Shown one piece after another: positions 51,448 to 61,237 of a stretch of 64,000 nt of DNA. The notes below the pieces were generated by a model. It did no database searches, was not told the DNA's origin, and saw only the letters and a program-made list of their open reading frames with translations. A program made the position numbers and the translations under genes. Source of the DNA: Caldisericaceae bacterium (GTDB taxonomy: Bacteria > Caldisericota > Caldisericia > Caldisericales > Caldisericaceae). The stretch's first letter is position 1, and every line of letters begins with the position of its first letter. The stretch lies in the NCBI GenBank assembly GCA_049967855.1, contig JBMFRX010000001.1, positions 32,001-96,000 of the forward strand, in the 5' to 3' direction.

Positions 51448-52470
51448 GTGAAAACAGAGGAATTTGTAGCGCTTAATTTGCTGAGATTTACCGCAAAAGA
51501 CAATCGCATTGCCAGTATGATTAACTCATTTGAGAACAAGAAGACATTTGAACCTGATTTTACTGCTGATGAAATGGCAAGTGCCAGAAAAGAGATTGCT
51601 TCTGCACTCAATCTTGGAGTAGAAATTATTCCTTATGATGACGATGGTTTTCCTTCTCAACTTAGAGACATAAAGGAATCTCCTTTGGTAATTTACATCA
51701 AAGGGTCACTTGAAAAAACGGATTCTTTCTCGGTAAGTATCGTTGGCTCAAGAAAATGCACTGAGTATGGAAAAGCCGTGGCAAGGGAGCTTTCAAAAAA
51801 ACTCGCTCAGCTTGGAATCGCTGTTGTCAGTGGACTTGCTTATGGGATAGACAGCGAGGCTCACAAGGGAGCTCTCAGCGTCAATGGTAGAACGGTGGCT
51901 GTTCTTGGGTCGGGAGTTGATGTTGTTTATCCAAGGGAGAACAGGTTTCTTTATGATGAAATAGTCGAAAAAGGTGCAGTTATTTCGGAGTTTCCGCTCG
52001 GAACGAAGGCTTTGAAATTTAATTTTCCTTTTAGAAATCGTATTATTAGTGGTCTTTCACTTGCCACAATCGTTGTAGAGGCTCAGGAGAAGAGTGGCTC
52101 TCTTATTACAGCAAACTATGCTCTGGAGCAGTCGAGAGAAGTTTTTGCAGTGCCAGGTAATATCACGAGCAGTTGTAGCAAGGGAACAAACCTTTTGATT
52201 AGAGATGGAGCTATTCCATTGCTTTCTTATGAGGATGTGCTCTACAATGTTAAAGAATTTCAATCTATTGCTCACAGTGCAAATAGTGGCAGACAGCTTT
52301 CGGAAGTTGAAGAGGCAATTCTTAAGAGTCTCGACAATTCTTCTGACACGCTCGAGACAATTGCCGAATCATTGAAGATGGACCCATTGAGAGTCCTTGA
52401 GATACTCACAGTTTTGGAAATGAAAGGTTTGATACTACGTTCAGGAGGACGTTTTATTAAGTCATCGTGA
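51448..52470 (+). CDS. dprA: DNA-processing protein DprA (start reassigned to GTG 51448)
   Basis: SIVGSRK, VSGLAYGID..AH, FPFRNRIISGLS, SGSLITA, GTNLLI. Confidence 0.93.
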   Translation: MKTEEFVALNLLRFTAKDNRIASMINSFENKKTFEPDFTADEMASARKEIASALNLGVEIIPYDDDGFPSQLRDIKESPLVIYIKGSLEKTDSFSVSIVGSRKCTEYGKAVARELSKKLAQLGIAVVSGLAYGIDSEAHKGALSVNGRTVAVLGSGVDVVYPRENRFLYDEIVEKGAVISEFPLGTKALKFNFPFRNRIISGLSLATIVVEAQEKSGSLITANYALEQSREVFAVPGNITSSCSKGTNLLIRDGAIPLLSYEDVLYNVKEFQSIAHSANSGRQLSEVEEAILKSLDNSSDTLETIAESLKMDPLRVLEILTVLEMKGLILRSGGRFIKSS

Positions 52471-53747
52471 AAGTGACAATCATAGGAGGAGGACTCGCTG
52501 GTAGCGAAGCCGCACTCCAAATTGCAAAAAGAGGTGTTGATGTCATCCTCTACGAAATGAGGCCTTTGACTATGACTGAAGCTCACAAGACAGGTCTTTG
52601 TGCAGAGCTTGTGTGCAGTAATTCTCTTGGCTCAATGTCATTAGAGGACGGAAGAGGACTTTTAAAAGAGGAGTCTTTATCACTTGGTTCCGAGCTTTTA
52701 AGGATAGCTTCTGAAACCAGCATACCTGCAGGAAAGGCACTTGCCGTTGACAGGGTAAAGTTTTCTTTAGAGGTAGAAAAAGCTTTGCAATCTAATTCTC
52801 ACATTAAACTTGTACGGGAAAAAGTTGATAAAATTGATTGGGAAGGAGTTGTTGTTGTCGCAACAGGTCCACTTACAACAGAAAGTCTTCTTAGGCAAAT
52901 TTCCGATGAGTTTGGAAGCGACAACCTTTTCTTTTACGATGCTATTTCTCCGATAGTTTTGAAAGAGTCGATAGACCTTGGAGCAGTTTTCTATGGCGGT
53001 AGATATGGCCAAACCAACGATTATATAAATGCCCCAATGAACGAGAGTGAGTACAAAGTTTTCTATGAGGAGTTGATTAATGCGAATCGGCATATGCCGC
53101 ACGATTTTGACAAGCAGTACTTCGAAGCGTGCCTTCCAATTGAGGAAATTGCCTATAGAGGATTTGATTCAATGAGATATGGACCTTTGACTCCAAGGGG
53201 ATTTGAAGGGAAATACTATGCTATCGTACAGTTGAGGCGCGAAAACATCGAAGATACTATGTACGAACTTGTTGGCTTTCAAACTGCTCTGACGTATCCT
53301 GAGCAAAAGAGAGTTTTCAGCCTAATCCCAGGACTTTCAAAAGCAGAGTTTACACGGTACGGGTCAATTCATAAGAACACTTTTATCAAAAGTTCACAGA
53401 TTTTGCTACCCACACTGCAAACAAGGAAAAGACAAAATGTCCTTTTTGCTGGTCAGCTCAGTGGAGTTGAAGGGTATGTTGAGTCCATAACTACGGGCTT
53501 GTTTGCTGGAATAAATGCATCAAGATTGGCTACAGGTCGTGAGCCTTTCGAGTTTCCAAGAGGAACGATGCTTGGCTCACTAATTAACTTTGTAGTTAAC
53601 AATGATCTTTCTCGCCCACAACCTATGAGAGCAAACTTTGGATTGATGCCAAAAGAATTTTTTGATTTACCCAAGCGTGAAAGGAAGTCTGCTTTCATAG
53701 AAAACAGCAAAGAGGAAATTGCAAGGCTTCTTAATGAGTATGTCTGA
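52467..53747 (+). CDS. trmFO: Folate/FAD-dependent tRNA m5U54 methyltransferase
   Basis: GGGLAGSEAA, ELVCSNS, FYDAISPI, FEACLPIE, GQLSGVEGY. Confidence 0.94.
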   Translation: MKVTIIGGGLAGSEAALQIAKRGVDVILYEMRPLTMTEAHKTGLCAELVCSNSLGSMSLEDGRGLLKEESLSLGSELLRIASETSIPAGKALAVDRVKFSLEVEKALQSNSHIKLVREKVDKIDWEGVVVVATGPLTTESLLRQISDEFGSDNLFFYDAISPIVLKESIDLGAVFYGGRYGQTNDYINAPMNESEYKVFYEELINANRHMPHDFDKQYFEACLPIEEIAYRGFDSMRYGPLTPRGFEGKYYAIVQLRRENIEDTMYELVGFQTALTYPEQKRVFSLIPGLSKAEFTRYGSIHKNTFIKSSQILLPTLQTRKRQNVLFAGQLSGVEGYVESITTGLFAGINASRLATGREPFEFPRGTMLGSLINFVVNNDLSRPQPMRANFGLMPKEFFDLPKRERKSAFIENSKEEIARLLNEYV

Positions 53748-54618
53748 TATTGAAGTAATCTCGAAATTATACAGGCTTTTATCTCCGTGTTATCTTTGCC
53801 CTCTTAATTGCGGTGCATCAAGAATGAAAGGGGAATTAGGAGCTTGCAACTCAGGGGTGGAAATCCGTATTTCTTCATATGTTCTTTACAAAGGCGAAGA
53901 GCCTCCCATCTCTGGAAAGAACGGGTCTGGAGCGATTTTCTTCAGCAATTGCAACCTGAAGTGCGTTTACTGCCAGAATTACAACTTTAGTCAGCTAGGA
54001 GGAGGGTATAATATATCCTTAACGAAACTCTCTTCTATTATGCTGGGTTTGCAGCAAAAAGGAGCATCCAACATCAATCTGATTACTGCAACTCAATATC
54101 TTCCGCAGGCTGTCGGCGCTCTCAGGTTTGCGCGCTCAAAAGGACTTGCAATTCCAATAGTATTCAATACCAGTGGTTATGAATCGCAAAGCGTAATAAG
54201 CCTTCTCGAGAACTTTGTGGATATTTATCTTGTGGATTTCAGATACCCCTTGGACTCGCTTGGTAATAGGTATTCAGGAGTTGATTCCTACACAACTATT
54301 GCCCTTTCAGCAATCAGGGAAATGCTCAGGCAAAAACCCGATGTAAAGTTCGATGCTAAGGGGATAATGAAAGAAGGAGTTGTAATAAGAATACTGGTTT
54401 TTCCAAACGGATTAGATTATTTGAGACTTTCTCTGGAGATTCTTAAGAAGGAATTTGGGAAAGGTATTTACATCAGCCTTATGACTCAATACGTGCCTGT
54501 CTATAAGTCGAGTTTGTATCCTGAAATTTCTAGAAAGCTGACAAAAGATGAAATTAGAATGTCAATTAAAATTTTGAGAGATGCAGGGTTTAAAAATGGT
54601 TGGGTTCAGTATGACTAA
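53740..54618 (+). CDS. Radical SAM protein (PflX-like); start approximate
   Basis: CYLCPLNC, GEEPPISG, CNLKCVYCQN. Confidence 0.85.
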   Translation: MSDIEVISKLYRLLSPCYLCPLNCGASRMKGELGACNSGVEIRISSYVLYKGEEPPISGKNGSGAIFFSNCNLKCVYCQNYNFSQLGGGYNISLTKLSSIMLGLQQKGASNINLITATQYLPQAVGALRFARSKGLAIPIVFNTSGYESQSVISLLENFVDIYLVDFRYPLDSLGNRYSGVDSYTTIALSAIREMLRQKPDVKFDAKGIMKEGVVIRILVFPNGLDYLRLSLEILKKEFGKGIYISLMTQYVPVYKSSLYPEISRKLTKDEIRMSIKILRDAGFKNGWVQYD

Positions 54619-55247
54619 GAAGGTTTTGAGGAAGTTCTTAGAATTGATTTTATCTTGGCTACAATTATGTCCATTGCGATTTCATTTTTTCCGCCGCGAG
54701 GTATTATGATGTCCGCAAATTGTTTGGTTGGCTCAACAAATTGTATATGCATTGGTCTTACGGTGTTCAGATATTGGTCAATAACAGAGTCAAGGCTTCT
54801 CCCTCTTTTTTGAACATCTCTTTTTATTCTTCTTATTATCCTCACGTCTGCATCTGCATCGACGAATATTTTAATTGAAAAGAAGCTACGCAGTTCGTCA
54901 TAGTAGAACAGAAGTATGCCTTCAACGATAATAATTGGTCTTGGATGGACTACTTCAAACTGTCCCGTACGCTCGTATTTCTCAAAAGAATATATTGGGA
55001 CTTTTATCGAATTGCCTTTTCTTAATTCTGCAAGGTGCGAGCAAAGCAGTTCAAAGTCGAAAATAGATGGATGGTCATAATTAAGCTTCTTTCGCTCGTC
55101 AAGGGTGAGATTTTGGAAATCCTTGTAGTAAGAATCCATAGAGATTATTGCAGTTTCAGTATCTTTGAAGTTTTTTCGAATGATTTGAGCAACGGTTGTT
55201 TTACCGCTGCCAGTTCCTCCTGCAATTCCTATGAATGTCGGTTTCAT
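54615..55247 (-). CDS. udk: Uridine kinase
   Basis: GIAGGTGSGKTT, DSYY, NYDHP, RRIKRD..RGR. Confidence 0.95.
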   Translation of the reverse strand: MKPTFIGIAGGTGSGKTTVAQIIRKNFKDTETAIISMDSYYKDFQNLTLDERKKLNYDHPSIFDFELLCSHLAELRKGNSIKVPIYSFEKYERTGQFEVVHPRPIIIVEGILLFYYDELRSFFSIKIFVDADADVRIIRRIKRDVQKRGRSLDSVIDQYLNTVRPMHIQFVEPTKQFADIIIPRGGKNEIAMDIIVAKIKSILRTSSKPS

Positions 55248-55249
55248 AA

Positions 55250-55828
55250 CTATACCTTAGCGACCACAAGTTTAGTAATAGCCTTCAAAGATTCAATTAC
55301 GTTGATACCATTTTCAGCTATTGCTTCGTAATATTCGTATTTGTTATTTTTGTTTAGTGTTGCCTGCAATTCTTCAACTGTCAGTATCTCCTGTAAATCT
55401 CTTTTGTTATACTGCAGAATAAGAGGCATTGATTCAGGATCTTCTCCGAAGTTCACCAAGTTTTCAAACATATCCTCGAGGCTTGCAATGTTTTCTTCTT
55501 CTTTTATCCTTTGAGAGTCCGCTACAAAGACAATGCCATCAGTTGCCCTTAAAACTGATTTGCGTGTCAATTTGTAAATCTCTTGCCCAGGGACGGTATA
55601 AAGACTCAATCTTATCGTAAAGCCCTTGATGCTTCCAAGCTCCAAAGGGAGAAAGTCAAAAAAAAGAGTTCTCTCAGTTTCTGTTGCAATGCTTGTAAAA
55701 TCACCTTTAACTTTTTGAGGCAACAGGGTGTATATGTGGCGGAGATTTGTAGTTTTCCCACTCATTGCTGGACCATAGTATACTATTTTAAATGAGATTT
55801 CTCTCTTTGCAAAGTTCATCGTGCTCAT
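55250..55828 (-). CDS. mglA: MglA-family small GTPase
   Basis: KIVYYGPAMSGKTTN, ERTLFFD, YTVPGQ, DGIVFVADS, NKRD. Confidence 0.92.
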   Translation of the reverse strand: MSTMNFAKREISFKIVYYGPAMSGKTTNLRHIYTLLPQKVKGDFTSIATETERTLFFDFLPLELGSIKGFTIRLSLYTVPGQEIYKLTRKSVLRATDGIVFVADSQRIKEEENIASLEDMFENLVNFGEDPESMPLILQYNKRDLQEILTVEELQATLNKNNKYEYYEAIAENGINVIESLKAITKLVVAKV

Positions 55829-55852
55829 TTTCGATATTCCTTTGCTTGAAAA

Positions 55853-56347
55853 TCAAAAGAGATTGTCTATATCTTCATTAAGGTTGCTATCTGATATTTT
55901 CTCTGGTGGTTTTTCGTTTATTGCTCTTTCTTCTGCCCTCGCAATTATTTCTTTTACGCTGTTTCCAATTTTCTTTGCCCAGAATCTAATAGCTCCTATG
56001 GGAGACCTATTGTCGAATATCATCGCAAGGAGCACGGTGTCAGTTACAAGTGATACGTGAATATTAGTTTCTTGTCCCTGGTGGAAGGTTACGGTGAACT
56101 CTCTTTCCCCAAGAATTCTTGCAAGTTCATTTGTTGCTGAAAAGACACCAGCAGCAAGAGCAGATACCGTAACTGCAACATCTGAAGTTATGTCGCCACT
56201 TTTAGCAAGCAACTCGCCACTTTTATTCAAAAGTACTATGTCTTTGGCTTCTGATTCTACAATATACTCTCCGAATAGCAAATCAATCTCTTTCAGTTCC
56301 TCTTCCGTTAACACAATTTGGATTTTCGAAAGTTTTCCTTCTTCCAT
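55853..56347 (-). CDS. mglB: MglB roadblock/LC7 protein (GAP)
   Basis: SALAAGVFSATNELARILGE.EF...FHQG, IGAIR. Confidence 0.88.
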   Translation of the reverse strand: MEEGKLSKIQIVLTEEELKEIDLLFGEYIVESEAKDIVLLNKSGELLAKSGDITSDVAVTVSALAAGVFSATNELARILGEREFTVTFHQGQETNIHVSLVTDTVLLAMIFDNRSPIGAIRFWAKKIGNSVKEIIARAEERAINEKPPEKISDSNLNEDIDNLF

Positions 56348-56349
56348 TA

Positions 56350-56880
56350 TTATCCTCCTAATTTTACTAAGTTTTTTTCCAAAAGAACTTTAAGGGTTTT
56401 TATAAAAGAGATGAAACTCAAGTTTGTTTGTTCAATGATTTCCTCTGGAATCATCCCTTTTACAACCATAGAAAGTATCTTCCATTCTTCGTTTGAAACA
56501 TTCATATCTCCATTGAAAGTTGCCTGCGAGGTGCTTATCACTGTTTGTCTATTGAACAGCAACAGGATATCTTTGAGTTCTTCTCTCAGCATAATGCCGT
56601 CCATAATTATCGATGTAGCATCTGTTTTTATGGTCTGAGGCGGCATAATCAAATTCTGTTTGAAAATAAAATTTCCTTCAGTCTCTATGAAGACATCTTT
56701 GATTGCATCTTCACCGATTGAAAATGGCCCAAATGCATGGATAATCTTGCCGTTAACAAAGTAGATTCCGTACTCGCCCATTTTGCCAGTAATACCAAGT
56801 TTGCCACTCTTGTTTCCTGTAGAAATGGTCTGTATAACCTCTTCCAGTTTGAAGTCACTTAAATTTCCCTGCAGCGCCAT
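56350..56880 (-). CDS. DUF4388 (PatA N-terminal-like) domain protein
   Basis: MALQGNLSDFKLEEVIQ.....KSGKL...IYF.NG.IIHA...EGNFIF plus a C-terminal wHTH-like segment. Confidence 0.82.
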   Translation of the reverse strand: MALQGNLSDFKLEEVIQTISTGNKSGKLGITGKMGEYGIYFVNGKIIHAFGPFSIGEDAIKDVFIETEGNFIFKQNLIMPPQTIKTDATSIIMDGIMLREELKDILLLFNRQTVISTSQATFNGDMNVSNEEWKILSMVVKGMIPEEIIEQTNLSFISFIKTLKVLLEKNLVKLGG

Positions 56881-56996
56881 CTTCCTTTTTTCCCTTGTTA
56901 TAATAATATATAAATTTTGTTTTTATGCAAATAGTTTTATAATAAATTAATAAGATTCTTTGCGAATTTATAAAATCAAAATGTAGGAGGAAGAAA

Positions 56997-58367
56997 ATGG
57001 AATTAAAGTACACAACTAAAAATGCTTGGGAAACCCTTGATAAGGAAAGTGTTTTCAAGTTTTCTGAAAAGTACAAACAGTTTATTTCAAAGGCAAAGAC
57101 AGAAAGAGAAGCAGTATCTGTGTTGAAGAAAGAGGCTGAAGATAATGGCTTTGTTGATTTGTTTGCCGCATCTAATCTGCCTGAAAAGTTTTTTGCAGTA
57201 AATGATCAAAAAAATATCTTTTTGTTTCGACAGGGAAAGAAAGACATTGAAAACGGAATTAACTTTGTGTTTGCGCATCTTGATTCACCAAGGATTGATA
57301 TCAAGCAAAATCCTTTGTATGAAGGGTTTGATATATCAATGCTTAGAACCCATTACTACGGAGGAGTAAAGAAGTATCAATGGGTATCAACCCCGCTTGC
57401 TTTACACGGAGTGGTTGTTTTGAAAGACGGCACAAAGCTTGAGTTAAACGTTGGTGAAGAGCAGAACGACCCTGTTTTTGTAATCTCGGACTTGCTTCCT
57501 CATCTTGCGAAGAAGCAAATGGAGCAAAATGCAAGGGAGTTTATTGCTGCCGAGGCACTTGACCCGATTGTTGGGACAATGCCTTTTGCAGATGACAAAG
57601 AAAAAGAACGGTTTAAGGTTAATGTGTTGAGTATCCTTAATGAAAAATACGGACTTGTCGAAGAGGATTTTCTTTCGTCAGAACTTACCCTTGTGCCAGC
57701 AGGAAGTGCCTATGATGTTGGATTCGACAGAAGTGCCCTTCTTGCTTACGGTCATGACGATAGAATTTGTTCTTACACAAGCGCAGAAGCTCTATTTGAT
57801 TTGGAACAAGGAGATAAAGCTGCTGCAGTGCTCCTGCTTGATAAAGAGGAAATCGGAAGCGACGGGAAAACTGGTGCTCAAAGTGATTTTCTTCAGTATG
57901 TGCTTGAGCACTACCTTGTGCTGAGTGGAAAAGACAGATCACTTTCGAGGGAAATTCTGTATCGCTCTTCTGCGATTTCAGCAGACGTGAATGCTGCTTT
58001 AGACCCACTGTATCGAGATGTCTTTGAGGAGCAGAACGCGGCAATTTTTGGCAGAGGAATAGCTGTCACCAAGGTTACAGGCTCTGGTGGAAAGTACGGT
58101 GCAAGTGATGCTTCTGCAGAGCTTGTTTTTGCTGTAAGGAAACTTCTAAACGATAATAAGGTTCCCTGGCAGATGGCAGAGCTTGGAAAAGTTGATGCAG
58201 GAGGTGGTGGGACTGTAGCCAAGTTTATGGCAATGAGAGGCATTTCCACTATAGATGCAGGCCCAGCTTTGCTTTCAATGCATGCTCCTTTTGAGATTGC
58301 ATCAAAGGCTGATACCTATTCATCTTATCTTGCATACAAGGCTTTTCTTGAGAAGTTCGCCTTTTGA
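56997..58367 (+). CDS. M18-family aminopeptidase
   Basis: KTERE, AHLDSPR, HYYGGVKKYQW, GHDDR, DKEEIGS, GGGGT, SMHAP. Confidence 0.92.
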   Translation: MELKYTTKNAWETLDKESVFKFSEKYKQFISKAKTEREAVSVLKKEAEDNGFVDLFAASNLPEKFFAVNDQKNIFLFRQGKKDIENGINFVFAHLDSPRIDIKQNPLYEGFDISMLRTHYYGGVKKYQWVSTPLALHGVVVLKDGTKLELNVGEEQNDPVFVISDLLPHLAKKQMEQNAREFIAAEALDPIVGTMPFADDKEKERFKVNVLSILNEKYGLVEEDFLSSELTLVPAGSAYDVGFDRSALLAYGHDDRICSYTSAEALFDLEQGDKAAAVLLLDKEEIGSDGKTGAQSDFLQYVLEHYLVLSGKDRSLSREILYRSSAISADVNAALDPLYRDVFEEQNAAIFGRGIAVTKVTGSGGKYGASDASAELVFAVRKLLNDNKVPWQMAELGKVDAGGGGTVAKFMAMRGISTIDAGPALLSMHAPFEIASKADTYSSYLAYKAFLEKFAF

Positions 58368-58374
58368 GCCATAC

Positions 58375-58402
58375 TTGATTAAAAAGAACAATTCTATATA
58401 AT
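58375..58402 (+). promoter_or_regulatory. rpsF operon promoter
   Basis: TTGATT-16 bp-TATAAT. Confidence 0.75.
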
Positions 58403-58412
58403 TACTTGGATG

Positions 58413-58465
58413 AAAATCCTTCCTCTTACGTAAACGTAAGAGGCAATAGACCATAAGGAGGTTTT
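58413..58465 (+). promoter_or_regulatory. S6:S18-binding ribosomal leader
   Basis: TCCTT-CCTCTTACG-taaa-CGTAAGAGG-caatagACCat-AAGGAGG: hairpin, CC-containing bulge and SD-sequestering helix. Confidence 0.75.
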
Positions 58466-58469
58466 ATTA

Positions 58470-58814
58470 ATGGCTTATTATGAGATGTTGTACATTGTTT
58501 CTCAAGAGCTTCCAGATGAAGACAAGGAGAAGCTTATTGAGAAGCTAAAAGATTTTGTAGAGAAGAGCGGAGGAGCTATTGCAAGCGAATCCCGCTGGGG
58601 AACAAGAGGTCTTGCCTACCCTATAAAGAAACAAGACAAGGGCTACTACGTGCTTACATATCTTGACCTGCCAGAAAAGGCTCTTAAGGAGCTCAAGTAT
58701 TTTGTAAAAGTCAACGAAGGTTTTCTAAGGGCAATGATTCTCAAGAAGGAAAAACCTGAGCCCGAAATTGCCGAGGAAGAGGCAGTTGTGGTCAAGGAGG
58801 AAGTTAATGAGTGA
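58470..58814 (+). CDS. rpsF: 30S ribosomal protein S6
   Basis: YEMLYI, WG.R.LAYPIKK..KGYY. Confidence 0.95.
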   Translation: MAYYEMLYIVSQELPDEDKEKLIEKLKDFVEKSGGAIASESRWGTRGLAYPIKKQDKGYYVLTYLDLPEKALKELKYFVKVNEGFLRAMILKKEKPEPEIAEEEAVVVKEEVNE

Positions 58815-59205
58815 TATAAACAGGATGTTCCTCTCTGGGCGATTAACAAAAGACCCTGATATTCGTTATACCCCTAATGGAAGCGAAGTTGCCACTATGA
58901 GTATTGCTGTAAACAGAAGCTTTAAGACTAAGGATAGCGAAGAATGGCAAGAGGAGACTTTTTTCATTAACATAATTACCTGGAATAGGCTTGCAGAAAG
59001 AGTTGAAAAGAACTTCAAGAAAGGAATGCCCATTATTGTTGAGGGAAGATTATCGATAAGAAGTTATGAAAAAGATGGCGTTAAGAAATATGTTACTGAA
59101 GTAAACGCTTATGATGTGAGACTTCTTCAATCAACAAATTCTAATCAGAGCGACGTAGAAGAGGTTCCAGTTGAGGAAACAGAACCGAATGTACCTTTCT
59201 CATAG
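58807..59205 (+). CDS. ssb: Single-stranded DNA-binding protein
   Basis: NRMFLSGRLTKDP.IRYT, VEGRL; start ATG 58807. Confidence 0.95.
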   Translation: MSDINRMFLSGRLTKDPDIRYTPNGSEVATMSIAVNRSFKTKDSEEWQEETFFINIITWNRLAERVEKNFKKGMPIIVEGRLSIRSYEKDGVKKYVTEVNAYDVRLLQSTNSNQSDVEEVPVEETEPNVPFS

Positions 59206-59218
59206 ACAGGAGGAATAA

Positions 59219-59470
59219 ATGGAATTTACAAAGAAACCACATAAGAAAACTGCTTTTTATAGACCACGTAAGAAAGTATGTGTTTTTTGCGCAAAAGGAG
59301 CTCCAGAGATAGATTACAAAGATATATCCAGGCTTTCGAAGTTTATAAGCGAGAAGGGGAAAATTCTTCCTCGTAGAGCTACTGGGCTTTGTGCAAAGCA
59401 TCAGAGGAGAGTTGCAATTGCTATAAAAAGAGCCAGAGAGATGGCACTTCTTCCTTATGTGAGAAGATGA
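59219..59470 (+). CDS. rpsR: 30S ribosomal protein S18 (Zn-binding form)
   Basis: KVCVFC, IDYKD, GKILPRR.TG.CAKHQR. Confidence 0.96.
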   Translation: MEFTKKPHKKTAFYRPRKKVCVFCAKGAPEIDYKDISRLSKFISEKGKILPRRATGLCAKHQRRVAIAIKRAREMALLPYVRR

Positions 59471-59913
59471 AGATAAAGGTAAAATTACTGAAAAACGTAA
59501 AAGGTTTAGGAAATGCAAAGAGCATAGTTTCTGTATCAAGGGGCTATGCTCTGAATTTTCTTATTCCTAATGGGCTTGCAGAGCAGGTATCAGATGAATT
59601 TGAAGAGACCTCGAAGCTTCGCGAGCAGGATATTGAGGAACGAAGGAAAAACACTGCAGAGAAAGAAAAGCAGATTCTTGAGTCAAAAGCTCTCGTATTC
59701 AAGGCAAAATCTGGAGAGCAAGATAAGATATTTGGTTCCATAACAAGCAACGAGCTGAGCGAGCGGATAAAATCTGTTTTTGGATTAGAGATAGATAGAA
59801 AAAAAATCGACCTTGAATCACCCATAAAACGTCTGGGTAAATACATTGTAAACATTAAATTGTATAAAACAATACAAGCAGATCTCAATGTTCTGGTAGT
59901 AAAAGAAGAATAA
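59467..59913 (+). CDS. rplI: 50S ribosomal protein L9
   Basis: KGLG...[21 protein letters not shown] overlap with rpsR. Confidence 0.95.
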   Translation: MKIKVKLLKNVKGLGNAKSIVSVSRGYALNFLIPNGLAEQVSDEFEETSKLREQDIEERRKNTAEKEKQILESKALVFKAKSGEQDKIFGSITSNELSERIKSVFGLEIDRKKIDLESPIKRLGKYIVNIKLYKTIQADLNVLVVKEE

Positions 59914-59915
59914 AA

Positions 59916-61235
59916 ATGCCTGACGAAACTAATTTAAAATTACCCCCTTTCAGTATAGAAGCAGAGCAATCTGTTATCGGAGCAGTACTTATTGACCATG
60001 AGTCTGTTTTTAAGATTATCGACGAGATTAGACCCGAGGATTTTTATAGAGAAGAGCATCAATACATTATGCAAGCGATTTTTAAACTTGCATTATCCAG
60101 TAAACCAGTTGATATTGTTTCGGTAGCTGAGGAACTAAAGACACTTCAGAAGCTTGACTCCATAGGAGGCATCACTTATCTTGCAAGATTAGCAGATTCT
60201 GTACCTAACGCAGCAAACGCCGATTACTATGCAAAAATCGTAAAAACGAAGTCGCTTATGAGGATGCTAATCAGAGCAGGCGCAGAGATTTCTGAACTGG
60301 GTTTCAACGAGACTCTTGACATAAACGATCTTGTTGACCAGGCAGAGCAAAAGATATTTGCTATATCACAAAAGAAGTCGACTTCATACTTTGTCCTGTT
60401 GAGAGACGTACTCGGAGAGAGTTTTGCTGAAATTGAAACGCGTTTTAAGGAGAAAAGAGGAGTTGCAGGCTTACCCACAGGCTTCTCATCCCTTGACAAA
60501 ATAACAGGAGGATTTCAGAAATCTGATCTTATAATAATTGCAGCTCGTCCAAGCCTCGGTAAAACCTCTCTTGCTACTAACATTGCAGAGAACCTGGCAA
60601 TTCACGAGCACAAAAGTGTAGCAATTTTCAGCCTTGAAATGTCAAAAGAACAACTAATCGAAAGAATGCTATGCTCTCAGGCTAAGGTTGACTTAAAGAG
60701 GCTAAAGACAGGATTCTTAAGGGAAGAAGATTGGCCAAGATTGACAGATGCTTACAGTGAGCTTTATGATGCGCCTGTTTTTATAGATGACAGTCCTGAC
60801 TTGACTCTTGTTGATATCAGAACAAAGGCAAGACGTTTGAAGATGGAAGCAAATATCGATATGCTCATTGTTGATTACCTTCAGTTGATTCACTCCGACC
60901 AGAGAGTTGAAAATAGAGTGCTTGAGATTTCTCAAATAACAAGGAGTCTGAAAGGCCTTGCAAGGGAGCTCAATATCCCTGTCGTAGTTTTGTCTCAGCT
61001 CAGCAGAGCAGTTGATAGAAGGGAGGATAAAAGACCAATCCTTTCTGACCTTAGAGAGTCAGGGAGCATAGAGCAGGACGCAGATGTTGTTATGTTTCTA
61101 AATAGGCCTGATGAGGCAAAAAAGGAAAACATAGAAATAATTGTTGCAAAACAGCGTAATGGGCCGACAGACAGGTTTAATCTCCTTTTCCTTGAAGAGT
61201 TTACAAAATTTGTGGAAGTCCTTGAGGAAAATTAA
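59916..61235 (+). CDS. dnaB: Replicative DNA helicase
   Basis: AARPSLGKT, FSLEM, DYLQL, SQLSR, DLRESGSIEQDAD, KQRNGP; no intein. Confidence 0.97.
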   Translation: MPDETNLKLPPFSIEAEQSVIGAVLIDHESVFKIIDEIRPEDFYREEHQYIMQAIFKLALSSKPVDIVSVAEELKTLQKLDSIGGITYLARLADSVPNAANADYYAKIVKTKSLMRMLIRAGAEISELGFNETLDINDLVDQAEQKIFAISQKKSTSYFVLLRDVLGESFAEIETRFKEKRGVAGLPTGFSSLDKITGGFQKSDLIIIAARPSLGKTSLATNIAENLAIHEHKSVAIFSLEMSKEQLIERMLCSQAKVDLKRLKTGFLREEDWPRLTDAYSELYDAPVFIDDSPDLTLVDIRTKARRLKMEANIDMLIVDYLQLIHSDQRVENRVLEISQITRSLKGLARELNIPVVVLSQLSRAVDRREDKRPILSDLRESGSIEQDADVVMFLNRPDEAKKENIEIIVAKQRNGPTDRFNLLFLEEFTKFVEVLEEN

Positions 61236-61237
61236 TA

